In this document: positions 56,966 through 64,000 of the stretch, in pieces
How the letters are laid out: each line of letters starts with the position of its first letter
How positions within the stretch are numbered: position 1 is the first letter of the stretch
NCBI GenBank assembly: GCA_965223665.1
Contig: OZ245011.1
Location: forward strand, 864,001 to 928,000
Length of the DNA stretch: 64,000 nucleotides
Direction: 5' to 3'
From: Nitrospinaceae bacterium
GTDB taxonomy: Bacteria > Nitrospinota > Nitrospinia > Nitrospinales > Nitrospinaceae
Position numbers and translations under genes: made by a program
Notes under the pieces: model-generated
What the model saw: the letters and a program-made list of their open reading frames with translations, nothing else
Database searches by the model: none
What the model was told of the DNA's origin: nothing

Positions 56966-57601
56966 ATGCTTAACAAATCAAAGGAAAAAGTACCTAAGTT
57001 AATAATTAAGTTAATTTTAATGATTTATTTTACCATTTCATTTTCCGCTTGCACAAAGACAATACCAAACTATGAGCATCCTATTCCTGATACCACTCGA
57101 ATACCCACTCGAATAAATAAAACTATTGAATTCAAAGGAAAAGGAGAAAAAGAAAGTAAAGTAATATGCACCCAAGTAGATCCAAAAACTCAATGTGAGA
57201 TACAAGTCCCCTGCCAAACAGGAGAAAAAGTAGAAACGAAAACTCTCGCAGAAGTTTTAGGCGTGGACAAAGCAATAGTTGATATTGAAAATCATGCTTG
57301 TGCAACATTTAGCCTGGATCTAGGTCACCAAAAAAATCCTTATTATTGTTCCGGAGGTTTTTGTAGGTGGTCACCATCTGACAGAAGATTAAAGAACAAT
57401 ATCCATAAAATTGGGCAATTGAAAAATGGTCTCAATATCTATAAATTTAAATATATTTGGGATGATGCCTGGAGGGTGGGAGTAATGGCAGATGAGGTAC
57501 GTAAAGTTTTACCCGAAGCCGTGATTACCATCAATGGATACGATCTCGTGGATTATTCAAAAATCAAAATTGACTATTCTGCAATTACAGATGATCAATA
57601 A
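56966..57601 (+). CDS. Cys-rich putative lipoprotein with a C-terminal Peptidase_S74-like (intramolecular chaperone) domain
   Basis: FSAC lipobox-like site at C29, 6 further Cys, then SDRRLK.NI..IG...G..IY.F.Y...G.MA.EV....PEAV....GY..VDY. Confidence 0.8.
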   Translation: MLNKSKEKVPKLIIKLILMIYFTISFSACTKTIPNYEHPIPDTTRIPTRINKTIEFKGKGEKESKVICTQVDPKTQCEIQVPCQTGEKVETKTLAEVLGVDKAIVDIENHACATFSLDLGHQKNPYYCSGGFCRWSPSDRRLKNNIHKIGQLKNGLNIYKFKYIWDDAWRVGVMADEVRKVLPEAVITINGYDLVDYSKIKIDYSAITDDQ

Positions 57602-57626
57602 AATGCAAATTTCATAATTCTGTATT

Positions 57627-57654
57627 AAGGCAGGGTCTTTTTGGACCCTGCCTT
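57627..57654 (+). terminator. Intrinsic terminator hairpin (near-identical to 60440..60467)
   Basis: AAGGCAGGGTC-TTTTTG-GACCCTGCCTT. Confidence 0.75.
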
Positions 57655-57956
57655 CTTCATTTATGAACATTTGGATAAATAATTTACCTGTATTTTTTTT
57701 AGAATATGGAATGAACCTTCATCATCAACTTCCTAGAAATATTTACCAATCCATTTGCCTCTTTTAATAATTTTCTTAAATTTTTTTCTGCATTTAAATC
57801 AGCAATGATGTTTTAATAACTTGTCTCCTTGTTCAGGATCTAGGAAAAAGTGAATTTAGCAAATCAGGATTAAAATAGTGTAACTATTGATAATGTATTG
57901 AGATGTTTTTGAACAAGAAATTTTTATCGAATCAAACCAAATGAGGAGGGATAAAT

Positions 57957-58451
57957 ATGCTTTACAAATCTAGAGCACCCATCACCATCATAATGATTAA
58001 AACTTTTGCACTTGTTTATTTTATTATTTACTTTTCTGGAATTGCAAATTCCAATGAGATTCAGCAGGGTCTGGACACCACCCGAATACCTACCAAAATT
58101 AAAAAAACAATAAAATTTTTTGATAACAAAGAAAAAGCAAGAACAATGGAAAGTTTTGGAAATGAAAGAATAGCTAGCACATCAGAAAATTCTGACGCCA
58201 CCCCGGATACCAGCAAAACAGTGTGCACGGAAGTGGATCCAAAGACTCAATGTGAAATTGCAATACCTTGTGGATCGGAAGAAGAATTAGAAAAATTTTC
58301 GCTGGCGGAAATCTTGGGAATGGGAAAGGCTAATATCATCATTCCTGGTCAAACTTGTGCAACCTTTATTCTTGATATTGATCACCCCAAAACTCCCTGG
58401 TATTGTTCAGGAGGAATTTGCACTTTGTATGGTTCAGGCAATTCTGGATGA
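57957..58451 (+). CDS. Secreted Cys-rich protein, paralog of 56966..57601 without the S74 domain
   Basis: DTTRIPT.I.KTI.F, CT.VDPKTQCEI..PC, LAE.LG, CATF.LD, YCSGG.C all shared. Confidence 0.85.
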   Translation: MLYKSRAPITIIMIKTFALVYFIIYFSGIANSNEIQQGLDTTRIPTKIKKTIKFFDNKEKARTMESFGNERIASTSENSDATPDTSKTVCTEVDPKTQCEIAIPCGSEEELEKFSLAEILGMGKANIIIPGQTCATFILDIDHPKTPWYCSGGICTLYGSGNSG

Positions 58452-58503
58452 AGAACTTGATATCTCTAAAATTGGAAAGTATTAAGATTTTGAATAAAAT
58501 ATA

Positions 58504-58536
58504 AAGAAGGCCGGGTAATTTTTTCTCGGCCGTCTT
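58504..58536 (+). terminator. Terminator-like hairpin related to 57627 and 60440
   Basis: AAGAAGGCCGGG ... CTCGGCCGTCTT. Confidence 0.55.
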
Positions 58537-59143
58537 GGCTTTGAGAAATATATTAGAGGATTATACCGTTTTTCATGCCTCTTTAATTCTTACCAAATGT
58601 GACATTCCAATTTTTCCTAAGGAAAAAAAATTCTCTACATTCTCATTTTCAGAGTTTCTTGCCAAAGATTTTCTTGTCCCAAATTTTATTCTCCCTTCTA
58701 AACTCCACCCTTCCCCAAAATTCATTCTTTATTTTCTGACCAAAGGACAACTGACAATTGCTTACCTTTGTCGTAGAACCCCTAAAACACAAAAAACTAC
58801 ATTTTTTGGTTGTATTTTACCAGGTTTATAGTATATTCCGTTTAACTAAATTTTTGGTTTATTAAACTTCTAACCTTTGGTGTTTTATACATGAAAACTA
58901 ATTAAAGCCTTAAGTTTAACCAAAACGAGAAGAGCCCGCCAGAATCAATTGGCTCCTTATTATTACTAAACCAAATAATTTTGGATTATAAAAATTTTGT
59001 CTTCAACGATTTTACCCGTTTTCTTGAAAAACCTCCAAGGGCAAAACCATACGCTCTTAACCAACTAAATCTATTTTTTTATAGGCCTAGTTGAATATAT
59101 ATAAAAAAGCGTTTTATTCAAAACCATTATAGGAGGGCTTAAT

Positions 59144-59638
59144 ATGCTTATCAGGCAAAAAACATATTTCTTAATTGGCTTATGGTTTTTGATGTTGTTT
59201 GTACTTTACGCTACACCCCAAATAGTATTAGCAAAAGAAAAAGGTCAAAAGGAAGAATCTACAAAAAATTTAACTGGCCCATCAGCCAACCGTACTTGCT
59301 TAAACTTGGGAAGAGCCTCTATTTTGGTTTCATTTACAGATGGTTGTCCGAGAGATCCCAAAAAAGTTAAATTTTTCACAGAAACCCAATGCCAAGGAAA
59401 AAGAAAAAATCCGGATATTTTATCAAAGGCTGTGACCGTGTACAGCTCAGGAATCGACACAGGAGGGGTTCTCGAATGTAGGTGGAATGCAAAAGTTTGG
59501 AAAGTCAATCCATACTGGTATGTCTATTCTGCGGGAGGTAATGTAGCTTGCACCTGTTACGATTTCACCAATCCGCTTCCATATACATGCGACCCGGAGG
59601 ATTTAAATAATCCTCCTGCTAATTGTTCAGGAAATTAA
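59144..59638 (+). CDS. Secreted Cys-rich protein (8 Cys)
   Basis: Signal peptide ending VLA, AGGAGG RBS, C-terminal NPYWYVYSAGGNVACTCYDFT...YTC.PE.L.NPP..CS. Confidence 0.82.
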   Translation: MLIRQKTYFLIGLWFLMLFVLYATPQIVLAKEKGQKEESTKNLTGPSANRTCLNLGRASILVSFTDGCPRDPKKVKFFTETQCQGKRKNPDILSKAVTVYSSGIDTGGVLECRWNAKVWKVNPYWYVYSAGGNVACTCYDFTNPLPYTCDPEDLNNPPANCSGN

Positions 59639-59797
59639 TTAAGTCATGTTTAATTAACATTTAAATATGCAATAGTGATCGAGCCAACAGGTTAGACACA
59701 GTTGCTTCTGGTTCTTCCAGAGTAAAAAGATAATTAATAAACAAGATCTCTTTAAATCTTGCTTGAACAAATTTCCAATGAAGAAAAGGAACGTAAA

Positions 59798-60286
59798 ATG
59801 AATAACAAATATATAAAACCAGCTAAACCATTATTTGTCCAATTAGGCATTATAATCCTCTCAGCCTTGGTATTCCTTGGATCTGATAATGGATCTAATT
59901 TGATTGTTTCCAATACCTGCATTAATTTGGATAGCAATGCATCTGTTTGTATTACTAGAAACGATGATGGAACCCCATCAACTGTAGACTGGTTTCCAAG
60001 AACGGGATGCCCACGTTCACTGGCATGTCCTTCTCTTGATTCTTCTACTGAAAAGAGCAATCTTGCCTTGGGAGATTCCTCGGATATTTTTACTTCCAAA
60101 GAGGAGGGCGAAATTTGCACCGATGGGCACTCTAATGAGTGTCTTGATAAAGAGATATTTAACCCCACCTGGTATCAATATACTGCTGGGGGTAATGCAT
60201 ATTGCAAATGTTATGACTTTACTGCTGCTCCTCCCTATACATGCACACCGGAGCAATTAGCAAATCCTCCCTCTTGGTGTTCATAA
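59798..60286 (+). CDS. Secreted Cys-rich protein (10 Cys), paralog of 59144..59638
   Basis: Start moved to MNNKY (59798, after AAGGA). TC.NL, GCPR and the C-terminal ~40 aa are shared with 59144. Confidence 0.8.
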   Translation: MNNKYIKPAKPLFVQLGIIILSALVFLGSDNGSNLIVSNTCINLDSNASVCITRNDDGTPSTVDWFPRTGCPRSLACPSLDSSTEKSNLALGDSSDIFTSKEEGEICTDGHSNECLDKEIFNPTWYQYTAGGNAYCKCYDFTAAPPYTCTPEQLANPPSWCS

Positions 60287-60291
60287 TAATT

Positions 60292-60393
60292 ATAGGGGTT
60301 ATGGCAGATGAGGTTAAGAAAGTTAAACCGGAAGCCGTAATTACCATCAATGGATATGATCTCGTGGATTATTCGAAAATCCCATTGAACTAA
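60292..60393 (+). pseudogene. Detached C-terminal fragment of an S74-like domain
   Basis: IGVMADEVKKVKPEAVITINGYDLVDYSKIPLN*; 60301-60381 matches 57485-57565 at 71/81 nt and 25/27 aa by hand count. Confidence 0.85.
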
Positions 60394-60439
60394 TCTACTG
60401 GTAAAAATAATCCATTGTTTTTTACTTTTTCTAGTTATA

Positions 60440-60470
60440 AAGGCAGGGTCTTTTTCGGCCCTGCCTTTTT
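60440..60470. terminator. Intrinsic terminator hairpin between convergent genes
   Basis: AAGGCAGGGTC-TTTTTC-GGCCCTGCCTT followed by a T-run. Confidence 0.8.
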
Positions 60471-60489
60471 CAAAATTTTTTTGATGAAA

Positions 60490-62880
60490 TTAATTACTTC
60501 GTGGAATGGTAAAGAAAAAGGTGCTCCCCTTCCCTATTTCTGACTTGAACCCGATTTTCCCTTTGTGTCCTTCCTCAATAATTTCCTTGCAGGACATCAG
60601 GCCAAATCCATCACCGTCAGGTTGAGAGGTAAAGTTTTCATTAAACAAAAGTCTTTTGATTTCTTCCGGAATTCCCGTTCCTTTATCCTCAATACGGACC
60701 TCAATAAATTCCTCTAAACCTTCAACAGAAACACAAATTTCAGAATTCTTTTGGGAGGCATAACCTGCGTTGAGTATCATGTTCTGTAGAACTCTTTTAA
60801 TGTCCAATGTGTTTACCGGTCCAATAGAATTAGAATCATTTTCAAGAAGTGTTACTTTTTTATTTTTAATGTCATCATGAAAGCCAATTTCTTCTTTTAC
60901 TTCCTTAACTAAATCAAAAATATCTATTTCTTTTTTTGGATATTCTCGAGTTCCCTTTTGGACACAAGCCAGGCTTTGGTCAATCATTGAAACCATGTTA
61001 TTTTTTACGGAAATCATAACCTCAAGACCTTTTTTGAGTTTATCAAGGCCCTTACGCATATTATGCTGCTCATTGGAACCGGTTAGTTTTTCCAGAGTAT
61101 TTTGAAAATGCATCTTGGAAAACTCCAGAGGCACTAAACAGTTTTTCATGTCGTGAGTAAAGTGACTCAGTTGTTGAACATCATTGGACATTGTATCCAG
61201 GTCATTTCTTAAACGGCGTGAACATACTTTCATCATTTCCAGCAGGGCTTTGGAATTGGACACAATGTATTTGGCAAATAAATCTTTATCGATTTCAATT
61301 ATTAGACCATCGGTTAATGCCACTGCAGAAGCTGACCGAGGCAAATTGTCAATCAAGGAAATTTCTCCAAAATATTCTCCCGGGTTTAGATCCGTAATAA
61401 CTTTTTGGTAGTTTGGCCCCTTACTAATTCTGACTTTTCCACGAAGAAGAATATGAAGATATTGTTCATCCCTGGCCCCTTCCTTTATCAAAACATCCCG
61501 CGCCTTAAGAACCACATCCCTGCTTTCTTTTGCAAGATTTACTTTTGCCTCCAGTGGGAGACAGTCAAAAAGATCAATCTGCTTTAAAAGTTCTAACTTC
61601 CTCGTTATAGCATTATCGTCTGTAATATTGGTTTGTGATAATTGACCGGACTCTTTTTTAGGTTCGGTTCTTATAGATTTGGGCAGGGTGAAACAAAACT
61701 TTGTACCCTTCCCCCAATGAGATTCAAATCCAATTTTTCCATTATGGTATTTTTCAATAATCTCCTTACAGGATATTAAACCTATTCCGTTTCCATCCGG
61801 CTTAGAGGAAAAACTTTCCTTTAAAATAAAGGGTTTAATATCATCCGGAATACCAGAGCCGTTGTCCTCAATACTGATTTCAATTGCATGGTTCATATTT
61901 TTTACAATACAGACTATTTGATCTTTTTTCTGGGTTGCATAACCTGCATTGATGATCAGGTTTTGCAAAACTCTTTTAATATCCAAATAGTTGATTTTCC
62001 CAATGACTTTGGATTCCGGAGATTCCACCCTGAGTGTTTTGTGTTCAAGTTGCTTATGACAGGAAATTTCTTTTACCGTTTCTTTGGCTAAGGCCAATAT
62101 GTCAAAACTATCTTTGACGTATTCTCCCTGCTGTTTTTTAACGCAGGCCAGACTCTGATCGATTAATGTGGTCACATAATCCCGAACTTCTATAATTGTA
62201 TCCACTCCCATTTTCAACTTTTTAAAACCATCCCGCCTTATATGACCTTCTTCAGTCCCATTCATTATTTGCAAAACTTTTTGAAGATAGCTTTCTGAGT
62301 TTTTTAAGGGTAAAAGAACGTTGCGCATGTCATGTGTAAAACAACTCATTTTACGCATGTCTGATTCCATACGGGCTAAGTCATTTCGAATTCTTTGAGC
62401 AAAAACTTTCATCATCGCCACCAAGGCCTTTGAGTTGGAGGCAATATACTTTTGAAAAATTGTCTCATTGATTTCCAGCAATAAGGTATTTTTCATAGAC
62501 TTTACTGAAGCCGAACGGGAATTCGAATCTACTAAAGGCAATTCGCCTACATAATCGCCAGTACTTAAATAGGAAATAATTTTTTTTGATTTAAAAACCA
62601 CCACACGGCCAGTGAGGATAATATACATGGATTTCTGCTGCTCACCTTCCCATTCGAAGAGGATTTCCTCCTCACCCAGGCGCCAAAGGGGACTTTCCTC
62701 TATAATCCTCAGCAAGGTCTCTTTGTTAAAACAATTGAAAAGCTCAATTTTCATCAATTCTTCCAATTCCATTTCTTGAAGTTTCTTTTGCAGTCCCATT
62801 TGTCCAGGATTTGGCGAAACTTTTTTATAAGAATGGATATCAGATACCTGAGTCTTTTTTTCTGGAGAAAAGTTTTTCAT
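60490..62880 (-). CDS. Tandem (cNMP-binding + histidine kinase)x2 soluble protein
   Basis: Two GE.....RSAS cNMP motifs, two H-boxes (THDMRN, THDMKN), two N/G1/G2 box sets (NL/MI.NA, ED.G.GIP, G.GL). Confidence 0.88.
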   Translation of the reverse strand: MKNFSPEKKTQVSDIHSYKKVSPNPGQMGLQKKLQEMELEELMKIELFNCFNKETLLRIIEESPLWRLGEEEILFEWEGEQQKSMYIILTGRVVVFKSKKIISYLSTGDYVGELPLVDSNSRSASVKSMKNTLLLEINETIFQKYIASNSKALVAMMKVFAQRIRNDLARMESDMRKMSCFTHDMRNVLLPLKNSESYLQKVLQIMNGTEEGHIRRDGFKKLKMGVDTIIEVRDYVTTLIDQSLACVKKQQGEYVKDSFDILALAKETVKEISCHKQLEHKTLRVESPESKVIGKINYLDIKRVLQNLIINAGYATQKKDQIVCIVKNMNHAIEISIEDNGSGIPDDIKPFILKESFSSKPDGNGIGLISCKEIIEKYHNGKIGFESHWGKGTKFCFTLPKSIRTEPKKESGQLSQTNITDDNAITRKLELLKQIDLFDCLPLEAKVNLAKESRDVVLKARDVLIKEGARDEQYLHILLRGKVRISKGPNYQKVITDLNPGEYFGEISLIDNLPRSASAVALTDGLIIEIDKDLFAKYIVSNSKALLEMMKVCSRRLRNDLDTMSNDVQQLSHFTHDMKNCLVPLEFSKMHFQNTLEKLTGSNEQHNMRKGLDKLKKGLEVMISVKNNMVSMIDQSLACVQKGTREYPKKEIDIFDLVKEVKEEIGFHDDIKNKKVTLLENDSNSIGPVNTLDIKRVLQNMILNAGYASQKNSEICVSVEGLEEFIEVRIEDKGTGIPEEIKRLLFNENFTSQPDGDGFGLMSCKEIIEEGHKGKIGFKSEIGKGSTFFFTIPRSN

Positions 62881-63387
62881 TTTCTTATTTGAAATGTATT
62901 CAAAGTTCTAAATCAATCCAATTAGATTCCATATTTCAGATTTGTCAAGATATATCTGGCACAGCATAAAATTATGGCCCGTCTTGACTGGATTCCCCCT
63001 CAGCCAGTTATTCAGTCCCAAAGTAAATGAAAAGCAATTTTAGGCGCTATAATAATGGCTCTTAATGGAATTCCAATATGAAACATTAATTTATAAAGGG
63101 TCCATTCCCAGCCCTAAAAGAAAAATAACTACAAAAGGCTAATTAATCCAATCTTTTAGAGGGATCAATAGAAAAATCGGGAAAAATAATATACTTAATA
63201 TATAAATAAACAAATAGGGTGTGGTTGGGGGATGTCAAACCAATTGAAATAAAAGGGTCCCAAATCCGTAAGTGGGGAGAATAAATTTTCCCGGGGGCAT
63301 CAAAAATAAGCTTTTAAAAAGTTTATAAAACAAATCATTAACCTGTATTTACTCTTATCACATATTCTTAAAAAAATTGTCTTCCAT

Positions 63388-63777
63388 TTAATATTTGCAG
63401 AATATGTCAGGATAAAATACATATACATAATACTCCCCTCTCAATACAGACCCGGACACGTAGGTACGATAACCTTGATGAAGATAATATTTAGATACTT
63501 GGTATGCACGATTTTGCGTTACAAAAGGCCCAAAAACTCTTTTGCATACACCCTGAACTGAAAGAAATGAGGAAGAGGTATCGTAAAAATATCTTTCTCC
63601 TTCATCGCTTCTCACTCTTTCAGTTAATGTATGAGACCTCTTCCCTGAAAGTTTTTGAATGGCATGTTGCTCTTCACCATATACCAGTGGATTCCAAAGG
63701 AATATCAAACTCCCAAAAACCAGCGTATACAATAAAACTAATAAAATATAAATGGATAAATTTGTTTTGGTATTCAT
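63388..63777 (-). CDS. Hypothetical exported/membrane-anchored protein
   Basis: GGAGGG RBS, N-terminal hydrophobic helix, two Cys. Confidence 0.65.
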   Translation of the reverse strand: MNTKTNLSIYILLVLLYTLVFGSLIFLWNPLVYGEEQHAIQKLSGKRSHTLTERVRSDEGERYFYDTSSSFLSVQGVCKRVFGPFVTQNRAYQVSKYYLHQGYRTYVSGSVLRGEYYVYVFYPDIFCKY

Positions 63778-64000
63778 GACGCCCCTCCGATTGAAAAACT
63801 ATAAATTTTGGCAGTTCTTGATCTCATCTTATTCACTCAATTTTCAAATCATCTTTAATAATCGATCTCAATGATTAATATGGTTCATTTGAGAGAATCC
63901 AGATATCGTTGAAAATATCCTTTTTTTATAGAATTCAAATGGAGACGATGTCATACATTAAATGACTGTTTTGCTTACATCCAAATGATGAGAAACGAGG

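Noticed and set aside
58535-58831. 98-aa ORF between cassettes 2 and 3
   Set aside because: TTG start at the end of a terminator hairpin, no RBS, low-complexity Phe/Pro/Ser composition; probably spurious
59639-59680. Possible S74 trace (TTTAAATAT, F-K-Y) after cassette 3
   Set aside because: Only 9 AT-only bases match; not distinguishable from chance
56966-60393. Prophage remnant, integron or diversity-generating retroelement as the explanation for the cassette array
   Set aside because: No phage structural genes, integrase, attC-like sites or reverse transcriptase seen; differences between repeats are not adenine-specific

Overview
AT-rich bacterial chromosome segment from a diderm (lpt, kdsB, c-type cytochromes). 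The gene content is compatible with a Nitrospinota/Deltaproteobacteria-like lineage, but that is inference only. Positions 1-46.9 kb are mostly housekeeping: trxB, thrC-hom-alaC, uppP, a eukaryote-type UDP-glucose pyrophosphorylase with glgP, nnr-tsaE-lptCAB-rpoN-hpf-ptsN-ptsI-metK, nfi, tig, ispG, a yejABEF-like ABC transporter, proline dehydrogenase, lipA, lptF, pyrG and kdsB. This part also holds a few unusual secreted proteins, including a CARDB/cytochrome-c5/MopE-repeat fusion and a tandem DUF3365 di-heme protein. Positions 47-64 kb form an accessory signalling island and are the best candidate for an undescribed system. The island encodes a CHASE2 adenylate/guanylate cyclase, two response regulators, a broken PAS-GAF histidine kinase, a ~1,114-aa FecR-TPR-beta-barrel outer-membrane protein (NsrA-like) preceded by a ~220-nt predicted Y-shaped RNA structure, an array of four paralogous disulfide-rich secreted proteins, and a tandem (cNMP-binding + histidine kinase)x2 protein. 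The first array member carries an intact Peptidase_S74-like autocleaving chaperone domain, and decayed S74 pieces plus related terminator hairpins follow copies 2 and 4. No rRNA, tRNA, CRISPR array, integrase or transposase was recognised. All family assignments come from motifs recognised by eye; no searches or folding programs were run.
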